NCBI GenBank assembly: GCA_965235115.1
Contig: OZ249436.1
Coordinates: forward strand, 38,938,001 to 39,002,000
Direction: 5' to 3'
Length of the DNA: 64,000 nt
Source: Laetmonice hystrix
Lineage: Eukaryota
Position numbers and translations under genes: made by a program
The notes under the pieces: model-generated
What the model was told of the DNA's origin: nothing
Database searches by the model: none
Seen by the model: the letters and a program-made list of their open reading frames with translations, nothing else
Part shown: positions 13,113 through 27,200 of the stretch, in pieces
Layout of the letters: every line of letters begins with the position of its first letter
How positions within the stretch are numbered: the first letter of the stretch is position 1

Positions 13113-14883
13113 ATGTTGTTATGAAATATAATAAAATGGTATATTGCTACATAAACATTTTGTATAGGTATGAATGGGATGTATAGATTTTCAAATAAAT
13201 GATGGGTATTTGTTTATATTAATTCGTTTATTTTGGTTTGTATTTTAATCGTGTTTGCCCAGCAAAGGTCATATTATTATCAAAAACATGTGCTCCCATA
13301 GGATGGCCTAACAATAATCAATGCAATACACATTGCAATACATTGACATATCTAATCTTTTTACCCAATATCTGTATAATAACCCGGCGTAAATATGGAG
13401 AATAATTGCATTTTGTAGGATCACCTCACCAGTATTATATCTCGTTCCTGTTCCAATACAGGTATAATTTAGCGAAAAGAAGTGTTGTTTGAACCAATTC
13501 TCTTTTTATTCGCTCTGCCATTCCTTCCTTTTCTTCCAGGGGATCTATTCTGATAACACCTCGATGGAAAACCTATCTCAGCACGTTGTACACATCGGCG
13601 ATAGGCGAAACTAGAAATAGAAACTACATTCATCACGGCCCTTTGTGACGTCTCGTCATTATTTCCATGATCAGGATTTACATAGCAATTACTTAATCAT
13701 CGCCAACGTCTTCTTCTTGTAAAACCTGGCTGTGACTTAAATTCAAATGTCTAATGAAGCGATGATAACCCGTCGCCAAGCATTTCTACAAAAAGTGGAA
13801 ATCCCCGTAAAGCCACGTAATCAGTACGTTATGCCTGGTCTGTCAGCACGTATATTCATCAGTGGTTGTGATGGTACAGATGACTCGGAGTGGATGTGGA
13901 TAGGAATACTTCCATGTTGGGAGGAGGAGGAGGAGGAGGTTTCAGATCAACAGCCTCGGATACAGCGGCAGGGGGAGGGGGGGCAGGCTGCAGGTCGCTA
14001 CATTAGGCGGGGCGGCGGGCGCGGTGATGGCCCGGCCAACCAGCACACCGCCACGTACGGCCCGGCCCCGGTCGGCTTGAGCAAGATGGATGTGATTGTA
14101 ATCCTTCATTCGCTAGCGAGGCTTACTCTCATAAATACAACTCCCTGCTCTCAACGTGCTCGTGAAGATGCTGTGGACTAGACGCGCCATTTCACGACTT
14201 GACCTACTAACAACGCTGACGGCACCCGGGCAGGAAGAGGGATGAGGGAGAGGGAGAGGGAGAGAGGGAGGGAGGAGGGAGGAATGGAGGAGCGGGAGAG
14301 AAACAGGGGAGAGAAGGGGGACGGTACTATATCATACTCTAATTCAAATCTGTGCTCTTAACATTGCGGTAGATGTATGGACCTGTCATCCCGTGTAAAC
14401 AAGGACCGCGATTGTTGGTCTTACCTTACATCTATTGCTGGTCACACCATTAAAATTCACAATAAGTGCCGCGATTCCGGGCTATATTGTTTATAAATGC
14501 ATGGATTATTCCAGGTAGACTTGAGGTGATATAATGGAACAAAATTAAAAACTTACGTCATTTCTACTGTAATATAATAGTGTGCCCTTTGAAAGAGATA
14601 TTTTAAAAGTTCTATATACGAATTGAAGAGTTCCACTCTATACAAGTGTAGAACTGACTGAAAAGAAATGATTCAATCAATCTAATAGAATAAGGGCGTT
14701 TATATCTATCATGCAGTTCATAATATAAAGTAGGGGGTTGTTTTGAGGGGACTTCTCTCTGTCTACTTCACACATCAGACAGTCACTATACATCTTACTG
14801 TGAGTACCGTATTTAACCCTCACCCAAGACGACCCGTAACTTTATACATGTAGTATGCTGCATCCAATGCCAGAGGGTTCAAG

Positions 14884-17221
14884 CAGATTAAATTCGAGCT
14901 ACGAGTGCGTGCAGGGATAGGCCTATAGGCCTACATGAACAGATTTGATTCGAGTTACGAGTGCGTGCAGGGAACAGATTTGATTCAAGTTACGAGTGCG
15001 TGGAGGGATACATGAACATAATATTTGATCGCGTTACGAGTGCGCGCAGGGATACAGTCATGAACATATTTGATTTGAGTTACGAGTGCGTGCAAGGATA
15101 CATGAACAGATTTGATTGCGTTACGAGTGCGTGCAGGGATAAATGAACAGATTTGATTGGGTTACGAGTGCGTGCAGGGATACATGAACAGATTTGGTTC
15201 GAGTTACGAGTGCGTGCAGGGATACATGAACACATTTGATTGCGTTACGAGTGCGTGCAGGGATACAGGAACAGATTTGATTCGAGTTACGAGTGCGTGC
15301 AGGGATACATGAACATATTTGATTGCGTTACGAGTGCGTGCAGGGATACAGCCATGAACATATTTGATTTGAGTTACGAGTGCGTGCAGGGATACATGAA
15401 CATATTTGATTGCGTTACGAGTGCGTGCAGGGATACATGAACAGATTTGATTGGGTTACGATTGCGTGCAGGGATACATGAACATATTTGATTGCGTTAC
15501 GAGTGCGTGCAGGGATACATGAACAGATTTGATTGGGTTACGAGTGCGTGCAGGGATACATGAACAGATTTGATTGGGTTACGAGTGCGTGCAGGGATAC
15601 ATGAACAGATTTGATTGCGTTACGAGTGCGTGCAGGGATACATGAACAGATTTGGTTGCGTTGAGTGCGTGCAGGGCTACATGAACAGATTTGATTGCGT
15701 TACGAGTGCGTGCAGGGATAAATGAACAGATTTGATTGGGTTACGAGTGCGTGCAGGGATACATGAACAGATTTGGTTCGAGTTACGAGTGCGTGCAGGG
15801 ATACATGAACACATTTGATTGCGTTACGAGTGCGTGCAGGGATACAGGAACAGATTTGATTCGAGTTACGAGTGCGTGCAGGGATACATGAACATATTTG
15901 ATTGCGTTACGAGTGCGTGCAGGGATACAGCCATGAACATATTTGATTTGAGTTACGAGTGCGTGCAGGGATACATGAACATATTTGATTGCGTTACGAG
16001 TGCGTGCAGGGATACATGAACAGATTTGATTGGGTTACGATTGCGTGCAGGGATACATGAACATATTTGATTGCGTTACGAGTGCGTGCAGGGATACATG
16101 AACAGATTTGATTGGGTTACGAGTGCGTGCAGGGATACATGAACAGATTTGATTGGGTTACGAGTGCGTGCAGGGATACATGAACAGATTTGATTGCGTT
16201 ACGAGTGCGTGCAGGGATACATGAACAGATTTGGTTGCGTTGAGTGCGTGCAGGGCTACATGAACAGATTTGATTGGGTTACGAGTGCGTGCAGGGATAC
16301 ATGAACAGATTTGATTGCGTTACGAGTGCGTGCAGGGATAAATGAACAGATTTGATTGGGTTACGAGTGCGTGCAGGGATACATGAACAGATTTGGTTCG
16401 AGTTACGAGTGCGTGCAGGGATACATGAACACATTTGATTGCGTTACGAGTGCGTGCAGGGATACAGGAACAGATTTGATTCGAGTTACGAGTGCGTGCA
16501 GGGATACATGAACATATTTGATTGCGTTACGAGTGCGTGCAGGGATACAGCCATGAACATATTTGATTTGAGTTACGAGTGCGTGCAGGGATACATGAAC
16601 ATATTTGATTGCGTTACGAGTGCGTGCAGGGATACATGAACAGATTTGATTGGGTTACGATTGCGTGCAGGGATACATGAACATATTTGATTGCGTTACG
16701 AGTGCGTGCAGGGATACATGAACAGATTTGATTGGGTTACGAGTGCGTGCAGGGATACATGAACAGATTTGATTGGGTTACGAGTGCGTGCAGGGATACA
16801 TGAACAGATTTGATTGCGTTACGAGTGCGTGCAGGGATACATGAACAGATTTGGTTGCGTTGAGTGCGTGCAGGGCTACATGAACAGATTTGATTGGGTT
16901 ACGAGTGCGTGCAGGGATACATGAACAGATTTGATTGCGTTACGAGTGCGTGCAGGGATACATGAACAGATTTGATTGCGTTACGAGTGCGTGCAGGGAT
17001 ACATGAACAGATTTGATTGCGTTACGAGTGCGTGCAGGGATACATGAACAGATTTGATTGCGTTACGAGTGCCTGCAGGGATACATGAACAGATTTGATT
17101 GCATTACGAGTGCGTGCAGGGCTACATGAACAGATTTGATTGCGTTACGAATGCGTGCAGGGATACAGGAACAGATTTGATTGCGTTACGAGTGCGTGCA
17201 GGGATACATGAACAGATTTGG
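14884..17221. repeat. 41-bp satellite (GATTTGATTGCGTTACGAGTGCGTGCAGGGATACATGAACA), about 57 copies, with higher-order structure
   Basis: Monomer period is 41. Identical variant blocks recur at 15240, 15819 and 16439. Confidence 0.98.
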
Positions 17222-18169
17222 TGCAAACCAGAAGCGATTTAAGGATATCGGCCCCGCCTCCCCTGCCAGCCTCCAGGGGGCGCTGACTGCTCTGGTGCTG
17301 ACCAAGATTTCGACTGATATTAGGACTTCTCCCGGCCTCCTCTGACGAAGCGCTTTCACCTGGGGACCCAGCGGGCTCCGAGGCAATTTCTACAGGCCCA
17401 AATATCAGGCGGTCGTGCGGCGCACAGCAAGGTGCTATTAAAGCCAAAGGGTGATGGGCTACGTGGGATATACGGCACGGTGGCAGACCTCTTGTCCCCG
17501 GACCGTTTGCAGACAGACCGATGCATTTAACCCCGAGTTCCCCGGCGGCCTGGCCTACAATGGCCGGGTCGAGTGTCTAGGGGACCGGGCGCCGGGAATC
17601 AATGAGAACCCTCGCCGTGCCATCCGGGCACAAAGCCGAACCAATACACATGACTCGCGCAACCAAATATTGAAACGTTATTTGGTTATTATTTGCACCT
17701 AGCAAATCACACAATTTTCAAGCGCCCCACAGTGGGGTGCTTACAACCCGCATTCAGCGTCCGTTGGAACACCCACGGTGAGAAAATACCCCCAGAGCGT
17801 CTTGAAGAATGCAGTCGGTACGATGTGGGGATGATATCAGTTTATCGCTGTGTGGTCGGCGGACCACGAAAACATGTCTCACGTTTACCCGACCCTGTCA
17901 TGAATACCTCCACTGACGACAGGCAGCTTACAATAAGTGATTGGGTGGTAGCATCCTTGGCATCGGACGGTAAAGAACTCATACGCCTTAAAAATTGAAT
18001 GTCAATATACCGTAATGCACACTGGCAGAGGTTTACAGTCGATACAACCGGTCCCACCGGACTCCACTCTGTGCACAAAAGGATTTGCGCAAAGCCAGAT
18101 TATTGTTGGATTCTTCTCGTTTACTTAATGCAAAATAAATGGAGTATGATTCAGATAGTGAGTGCGGAC

Positions 18170-18330
18170 CAGCAGCAGGAGGAGGAGGAGCAGGAGGAGC
18201 AGGAGGAGGAGGAGGAGGAGATACAGGAGGAACAGAAGCAGGAGGAGGAGGAGCAGGAGGAGGAGGGAGGAGGAGGAGCAGGAGGAGGAGCAGGAGGAGG
18301 AACAGAAGCAGGACCAGGAGGAAGGGGAGG
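18170..18330. repeat. (GGA/GCA)n degenerate trinucleotide repeat
   Basis: Visible GGAGGAGCA tract. Confidence 0.92.
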
Positions 18331-18764
18331 CGCTGTGGTTGTTATTGTGGTGATCGGGATCTGGAAGCTTTCCTCCAGTCACCCGCAATCTCTGAAAATG
18401 AAGGATTTGTAGACTGACACGTTTCGATTAATACGTTCTGCCTTGATTAATTGGACGCCAACTCTCTGGGAAAGCGTCTCTGTCCTTCGTTTGTTTTTAT
18501 TCGGCCATGTACGTATAGACTATAGTTGGTTCCGCCTGCCAGCATTTCCTTTTATTTATATATATAGAGGGTTATCTCGAATATAGCGTTCGTATTATGA
18601 AACAAGATGTAATCTTTCATATGCATATTAATGTTATTATATTTACCGTGTAGCCTATATACATAAAGATATATATTCTCCCATAGATTAATTTCTTCAT
18701 CACCTTGATTGAATTATCATCCCCGCTATATATACAATACGGTACAGCTGTGGTGCTGATCGTC

Positions 18765-19446
18765 GGCTCAGTGCTGGCTCAGTGTTGGCTCAGTGCTGGT
18801 TCAGTGTTGGCTCAGTGTTGGCTCAGTGCTGGTTCAGTGTTGGCTCAGTGTTGGCTCAGTGCTGGCTGAGTGTCGGCTCAGTGCTGGTTCAGTGTCGGCT
18901 CAGTGTTGGCTCAGTGTTGGTTCAGTGTTGGTTCAGTGTTGGCTCAGTGCAGGTTCAGTGTTGGCTGACTGTTGGGTGGGTGTTGGCTGAGTGCTGGCTG
19001 AGTGCTGGCTGAGGGCTGGCTGAGTGTTGCCTGAGTGTTGGCTCAGTGTTGGCTCAGTGCAGGTTCAGTGTTGGCTAAGTGTTGGCTCAGTATTGCCTCA
19101 GTGCTGGCTCAGTATTGCCTCAGTGCTGGCTCAGTGCTGGCTCAGGGCTGGCTCAGTGCTAGCTCAGTGCTGGTTCAGTGTTGGATCAGTGCTGGTTCAG
19201 TGTTGGCTCAGTGCAGGTTCACTGTTGGATCAATGTTGGCTCAGTGTTGACCTAGTGTTGGTTCAGTGCTGGTTCAGTGTTGGCTTAGTGCAGGTTCACT
19301 GTTGGCCCAGTGTTGGCTCAGTGCCGGTTCAGTGTTGGCTCAGTGTTGGCTCAGTGCTGCCTCAGCGCTGGTTCAGTGTTGGTTTAGTGTTGGCTCGGTG
19401 CTGGTTCAGTGTTGGCTCAGTGCTGGTTCAGTGTTGGCTCAGTGCT
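18765..19446. repeat. 11-bp tandem repeat (CAGTGYTGGYT), about 60 copies
   Basis: Visible 11-nt periodicity. Confidence 0.96.
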
Positions 19447-20399
19447 GTATGCTGAAATATACAGGAACCAGCCGCCCGATGACCGATGGGGGGAAGACAC
19501 TTTTCCTCATTTTTCTCCTTCAAATACTTACTTGGTCCCAATTAGACCATCCCCACTTTTTTATACTTTCCTATAGGTGGACCCTTTTTACCTTTTTACC
19601 TTTTCTGATTGAAGACCCCCTTTCAATGTCCTGGATCCGCCCCTATACTCTACACCCCCTTCCATCTCCGATGTGCTTCCAAGGGGCCCATGTTGCATGA
19701 GCCCAGCTATGCATTTCTATGGATCTGTACTATAGTTTCTCTCCCGCTCTTTAGAAAGTAAAGTGGAGGACAAAGGTCGGCTACACGTCTTATACTTTTC
19801 GCTATAGTGATGTCCTCTATATTGTTTGTGTAAGATCTATAATAAATGTACACTATGCAATTATTTATAGATTTATAAAGGCTTGTTTATGTTGTTAGTG
19901 TCAGAAATATAATTATCAGTTGGCATTCAATATCACTGATATGCAGTTGATATAGTGTATCCCCAAAAAAGTACTCTGAAAAATGAACAAGAAACGGACC
20001 TTTCATTATTTTTAGCAAAGTGTTAGGGGTTGGGGTGGTTCTGCAACACTGAATATGTTCCGGATTGTTCCAATATATAGTGAAGGTATATCGGACTTTC
20101 TTCCCAAACTGCTGTCTTCGGTCAACATGCATGGGTTCCTATGAAGGGGACCATGATTTCACAAAACGGATAACGGTATAAGTATTAATGTAGCATGCGC
20201 ACTTCGTTTGGCCACTAACAACGTTTTAAACTAGCTATATTAGCTATATTGTTGAACCGATTCAGGAGGCAGAACTTCCAGCCAGCAGTCATTGGTGATC
20301 TACTGCGGACATGAATAATAGATAAACGGATAATAGCGCCATAATTGAAGCCAATGTATATAGTGGTCCCGTTTGGTGGCGCCTCTGTCGGTCTGAGCA

Positions 20400-21310
20400 G
20401 GGGTCTTGTAAACACAACCAGGAGGTAGAGTGTATCAACAGTCACCGGCGGGCACAGGGGCACGGATTGGGTGAGTGAGACAGATAGAGACAGAGAGGGA
20501 AGGGGTCTTGTAAACACAACCAGGAGGTAGAGTGTATCAACAGTCACCGGTGGGCACAGGGGCACGGATTGGGTGAGTGAGACAGATAGAGACAGAGAGG
20601 GAAGGGGTCTTGTAAACACAGCCAGGAGGTAGAGTGTATCAACAGTCACCGGTGGGCACAGGGGCACGGATTGGGTGAGTGAGACAGATAGAGACAGAGA
20701 GGGAAGGGGTCTTGTAAACACAGCCAGGAGGTAGAGTGTATCAACAGTCACCGGTGGGCACAGGGGCACGGATTGGGTGAGTGAGACAGATAGAGACAGA
20801 GAGGGAAGGGGTCTTGTAAACACAGCCAGGAGGTAGAGTGTATCAACAGTCACCGGTGGGCACAGGGGCACGGATTGGGTGAGTGAGACAGATAGAGACA
20901 GAGAGGGAAGGGGTCTTGTAAACACAGCCAGGAGGTAGAGTGTATCAACAGTCACCGGTGGGTACAGGGGCACGGATTGGATGAGTGAGACAGATAGAGA
21001 CAGAGAGGGAAGGGGTCTTGTAAACACAGCTAGGAGGTAGAGTGTATCAACAGTCACCGGTGGGTACAGGGGCACGGATTGGGTGAGTGAGACAGAACAG
21101 AGAGGGAAGGGGTCTTGTAAACACAGCCAGGAGGTAGAGTGTATCAACAGTCACCGGCGGGCACAGGGGCACGGATTGGATGAGTGAGACAGAACAGAGA
21201 GGGAAGGGGTCTTGTAAACACAGCTAGGAGGTAGAGTGTATCAACAGTTACCGGTGGGCACAGGGGCACGGATTGTGAGAGTGAGACAGATATATAGACA
21301 GAGAGGGAGA
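20400..21310. repeat. 102-bp tandem repeat (last units 97 bp), about 9 copies
   Basis: GGGGTCTTGTAAACAC recurs at about 20400, 20502, 20604, 20706, 20808, 20910, 21012, 21109 and 21206. Confidence 0.97.
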
Positions 21311-24240
21311 CAGAGAGACAGAGAGAGATGGGGAGGGTCAGACAGACAACAGAGAGATAGTGGGAGAGGGTGGCAGATATACCTATAGGATCTATAATAC
21401 AAAGAGCGAAAATGCATCATAGGCAGACAGAATTATGGATCGGCAAATCTTGGGCTAATATCATTAATCCAAGTCAGGACATGCAAAGCTAATTAAAAAT
21501 TGATACACCCCAAACATGGTCGTATACATGTACATGAAGAGATGGAAGAGAGGAAGAGAGAATACAGGGATAATAAGAGGTTAATGCAGTGACGTTATTT
21601 GGAGGGAAACAGCATGGTAATATTTATATCTATGTTTATGTGTATGGGCATTGGCGGAGACGGTCACGGTTCATTGGCTTCTTTTGTCCAGGGCCTATAT
21701 TTATAAATGTACCTCGCTCTGTTTTTCCTCAAAAATATGTCACCTGCATAACTTATAATCACGAGATGATCGTGAAATTTTGATCTACGCATTTCGACCA
21801 AATGGAATAATAATGGGTTATGCTGCAGTTTGACTCACAGAAATATTGCGAGCACTGAATTACACACAAATGATTCACGACACAATGAATACTCAATTGT
21901 GCGTCAGTAACAAAGATAAGTTGACATATCATCAAGGAGTCTGAAAATACTACATTACTGCGTTATTACAATTATAAAGATAGAAATTCCAACCTGGGCG
22001 GCGCTTAATAACTACCGAATTGCGGACAAAAGGTAATTACGTAGAGCTCAAGCCATGTCAGAGAAAGTGGCCGCGGTATCAGAGTGAGTACAGGATGAAT
22101 ATTACCACTCTAACATATTATTCCGGCCTGACAGCGAGTTGATCGCTGAACAATACCTAATTTCCGTCAACTTGATTAAATGTTTAAAACGCCTCGCCCA
22201 TGTTACGTAACATGTAAATGCAGCAGTGTGCTGTGGGGTATTGACCCCAGTATGGGCGGGTATAGATGACGGCACTAAGAGGTCGGACTATAAGGTCAAT
22301 ATGAATCAATGACGTCACCCGTTGACTTATTCAAAATAAAATCCGCATTGCACAATTCGTCAGAGCCAGGATTGACGAGTTGTCATCGACCGGAAGTGCA
22401 CTGACCACCGTTCACTGTGGGATCTGACTATGGTGGACTCTGGTGGATTGTGGACTCTAGTGCATGGATTGTGGACTCTGGTGGATTGTGGACACTGGGG
22501 GATTACAACTGACTCAATGATAAACTTCCTATAACCGGCTAATAAGCCAATGTATAAACGAACGGTTGAAACAACCCAGAAAACGTATGTTGTTTATTAT
22601 TATTATATTAATTTTGTGTTTATGCGATAGATACTTTTCTTAAAATTGCTACAAATACAAATTTAACATAAGAACGTGGTAACCTTATAGACCTTAAAAC
22701 TATGAGGGACTTGTTAATTTAATCATTTTCTTACTCTTATAATAGGGACTTCCTTTCTTCTATATCTTATCCTTATTATTCAGTTTCTTTTCTTTTTTCG
22801 CGCTTTGATAGCTATGTCTTTCACATATTATATTTTTTGTTCTATAACAAAGCTTCACATTATATAATAAGAAAAGTGTCCTGCTTCATAATTTTACTGC
22901 ATAATATAGGAATGCACGGAGCTTGTAATAACAGTAAAATTATAATTGTGCTTTAAATGAATGAGGGCGATCTTTTTTAATCTCTAGGCCTAACAGTAGA
23001 TTCTATATATTTAAGATGATCACGGCAAATAGCTCTTTTAAGAATCGCATTTTGTGTACCTACACTAACATCAAGGCCAGTTCTGTCGACCGGAGAAGTG
23101 GGCAGACTGTAAAGCATACGGGGAAATCTTCTTTTCGCTACTGTATACAAGATCCATGAGTTTCACAATGGTGGAGTTTACCTTGCAGCCTCTAATACAT
23201 TGGATGCTCCTGTCTATTAACGTCTTGACAGATTCACCATTGTCGCAGCACGTAGAATGTATCCACTTTCCGAACTTCCCGCCCGCTAGGCCAGGTGGCA
23301 GAGTCTTCGGTTCCGTGAAGAGCAGAAAAGGCATTCGCATATTTGGACAGGGCATCCGCCGGCTACCTGATCGCGCGATTCGGCACGTAAGGCCGGAACG
23401 CGCGCCAGCACAGTGGATATGTCAACGCCTCACTCGTACACAAAAGAACTTTCAAATTAAAGCCAGGCAAACATATTGGCCGAGCAGCTATCTGCCTGAG
23501 CGGGCGAAGGTCACGGCTGATGGCAGTGTGTTACAAAGGCGGTCGGCAGTGGCCGTCGATCTGGTAATGTCACTCCTCCACACTGAGGCGGCCACGGAGG
23601 CGAGCGCTCACCGACCAGTGCGTGCGGCACTGTCGGTTCGCGGTGTGTATTCACTTTTCTGGTTTTAACACCGAAGTGTTCTTTATTCTGCCAAATCCCA
23701 AAGCTATTCACTTGACAACGTGTGGAATTTGAAAGGTCCTTTCATGCGTGTATGAGCCAGTGTGGTTGTGATTACGAGCCCCTTGAAGATTTCGGACCCG
23801 GTGAATTGTTGTACAAAGCAACACTTAAAGTTAATCGGGGGCGGGTCCCTTTTAAAGTAAGGACAGGGCCTTTTTAAAGGAGAATAAGAAAACGTTTAAA
23901 TTCACAAAGAACTGCGTAAAAATTCGAATTGCATCTGATATCATTATCCTTACCTTGAACAAAAATTATAGCTCCATATCGCATGTATTAGATTAACAAA
24001 ATGTTTATAGTAAATACTATAATTATGATATTTTGTGTAACCTATAAAGATTTGGAACTGTTGTTTTGAAAATTAGTATCTGTAGAGTACCAAATGTAGG
24101 TGATATAACATTTACGGGATCTTTGATGGAATTCGGACTAAATATAATTATATCGCCTGAAGGATATAACCAACCTTTATAATAAACATGATATACATGT
24201 CAATAGTCACGTGGAACCTGTAGACATGCAGTCTCAGTCT

Positions 24241-24244
<4 letters not shown>

Positions 24245-24296
<52 letters not shown>
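24245..24296. repeat. (CT)n microsatellite
   Basis: Perfect dinucleotide run. Confidence 0.97.
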
Positions 24297-24299
<3 letters not shown>

Positions 24300-27200
24300 A
24301 GGACAAGGAGTGGGACAAAGACGATCAGGGGCGGATCCAAGATTTTGGTAAGGGGGGGGGGGCTCAGGGGTAGAAATTCCTAAAGGAGGAGAGGTTCACC
24401 ATTTAAATTCAGAATGTTCTATGGGGAAACAAAGAACAATTGTTTGCCAAGGAGGGGGGGGGGTCAAACCCCTGACCAAACTCCGCCCCCTCCCCCTCCA
24501 GTCCACCAAGCCACCGAGGCGAGGGGCTTGGACTCGACGGTCAAGGGATCAACCAACGGCCATCATTATTCGGCGGTCGTCGCTGGCCAGTCACCCGCCT
24601 CCCAGATACCAACAGCGCATAAACAGTGCGCACTGCCTTAACAATTTGCCCCGCTTTTTATTCTTGACGGGTCGATTATGCGTATATCGATGGCGAGCGG
24701 CGAAGAAGTGCGCTGTGGGTCGGGAGGTGGCGTGGAAAAAGGCCGGGGGTATGGGGCAGGGATTAGTCGGCAGTGGGGGCCCGCCAGTGGCATCATGATC
24801 TGGGCCCGGCCCCAGCGCCACACCACCCCACTCCCAGGCAGCCAGGGCCGACCCTCGCCTGCCACCCCGCGCCCGAAAACACCACTAAATTCCTATCAAT
24901 TTTCGATCGGGAAATGCTCAATTAGCTGTAAGATGAAACTCAATTCGAGGAAAACACGTAAAGTTCAATCCTGGTTGATCCAAGCTGTAGGATGGCGTAT
25001 TGGCAGCGCCGGCCATATCTCAGGGCCTAATGCCGCTGGCTTAGCGTGCTGATGACACGGGAAGCGGACAGCGCCCCTCGAGCTCACTATAAAACAATAC
25101 ACCCGCCCCCATCGGCGGCCAAATCGACAACCAACTGCCAGCCGGCCGAAATTAACAACCGCCGACATACGTGACATTCACAAATAAAACACAAACTCCA
25201 ATCCACCGGCGCTATGCTACACAAAATCACATCGACTACATGGAGGTACAGACAGGAACCCTATAGCAGGCTGACGCCATTCCAACTCTTGGCTGGAGGT
25301 TTTTGTAACCCCCCTCTCCCCCTCCCCGCCCTCCTCCCCTTGCCATTTTTGTCTGGAAACCACTGCAGGGGCGGATAATAATCAGTGGACAAACAGAGAG
25401 CCGTAAATTTCCACTCAGGATGCTAAGTGATGTTTTCCTATACACTGAACTAACACTATCCTGATTTCCTATATGTTTTCTCCCCATTGCCTTCGTACAG
25501 ATAATCACCGTATTAACTTTATACACCGCGACCCTTCCCATATACCGACACGAGACCGGGCGAGGTAATAAATTAAGCCACCTGGCATTTAACGCTACAG
25601 CAGCGTGCCGATCGCTGCTTCTTATGTCGGGCTAATTACTTCTAATTTAAATGCATTGCCTTGGTTCAGCGATGTCGAGAACGGGGGTCGGCGGAAGCTA
25701 TCGGTCCTCGGGGAGCGGGTCACCAGCGGCCGCCGTGTCTCGGGCGGGCTAGCCCGTCTGAGTTATAGTCCTCGAGGCTTGGCCCGCCAATCCCAGGGCC
25801 AATGATATGCACCCCGATACGCACCCAACCAAATATCTCGACTCGCCAACCATATCCGCCCTGGTGTCGTCCAAATGCTCTGCTTTCTGGGAGGTTGTCC
25901 ATATTGCCCTACCCCTTAATGGTCGACGGCTCTGCGTATCGTCAGGGGCATCTTTACCGGGCTTTGCGGGGACTGGATGCTCTTTGCTTTCTAAGTATGC
26001 ATCGGGCGGCGGGCGCGATGGTCCGCAGCCGCGCCGCACACCCGCCTGGATCACAGGTGATTCGGCCTAATTCAGTAGGCAAGTTTTTCTAATGCAGACT
26101 CCGAGAGGCGTAAGTCTCACAGATTTGTGACTCGGTCGGCAGGGGAGGCGCTATACGGGCGGCCGTCCCTCTCTCTCCCTCTCACACGGCCCGCTATCGC
26201 CATGCAGGCGCTTCCTCCGAGACAGGCTAAGGCCGTGGAAAGCTAAATGAAATTCCACCTAAATTTGGTTTGATCACGCGCAAATCCTGCTGACATGGTT
26301 ATTAAGACGTAGTCCTCCTGTTTATATATTATCTCTGAATGTATACATCCTCAACTCGCTCTGGTTCTCGAGTTGTCGACGTGTGGGGTGTTTACTAGTT
26401 CATGACCTTAACAGGGGGGCAGGTCAATGCCCTTTGTTTAGTGCCGTCACATATTGGGCAATCCCAGGTCTTTTACAGTGGCCACTCGAGTGGGTTGCAC
26501 CTTCCGTTATGAAGTGGATCCACGTAATTCAATTAAAGTACCCAGGAATTACGACTCCGTGGAGCCATTCAACGATGGCCCCCTGTTCCCGGTTGTCCGG
26601 GTCAAGACCACCAAAGTCTCGGCTTCTTTTACTCACTCATGCATGACGCCAGCGACAGCATGCTCACTGTCGGCCTTAATGGGAACCATAAATAAACGAC
26701 ATCGGGCAGGACCACACACATAGAAATTAATCAAATCGTATGTTTACACTTGACGCCCCAGACGGAGTCAATAAAAATTGTAATAACTGCTGGATGCAGG
26801 GAGAAGCTGGAAAACTCCGTTCTCAACATCTGATCGACAGCTGCTGTCCATAGTATGAAACGATTCGTGTCCACTGTATGTGAGGCGAATATTTTGATAT
26901 TGATAACTTAATGGAGAAATCTTAGAATTTGTGTAATTATATTTCCAAGAGATCAAGCAAATGAAGGTTAGACATTATAAGTGTAATAAGTAATTATTAG
27001 GCTGGCAAAACAGTAGGCACAATTTGTATTTTATAATACATTGTATTTCGCGAAAAATATATAGGCTCTTATACACATGAAAGGCCTACTACCCGCTTGA
27101 CATATATTCGAAAAGATAATTAGTACAAATCATAGTGTTAAACCTGCTAAAAGGTAACAAAATACGGTGGCTTTGAGAAGGATATTCAGAGACATGGCAG

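Noticed and set aside
583..17221. CRISPR-like appearance of the 39-46-bp and 41-bp arrays
   Set aside because: The units are head-to-tail with no unique spacers, there are no cas genes, and the context is a eukaryotic intron-containing locus.
17999..18417. Glu-, Gly- or Arg-rich ORFs
   Set aside because: These are trinucleotide-repeat artefacts.
20215..21147. 310-aa hydrophobic repeat ORF
   Set aside because: It is the in-frame reading of a 102-bp tandem repeat containing a CT tract. It has a non-ATG start, and the frame is broken in the 97-bp units.
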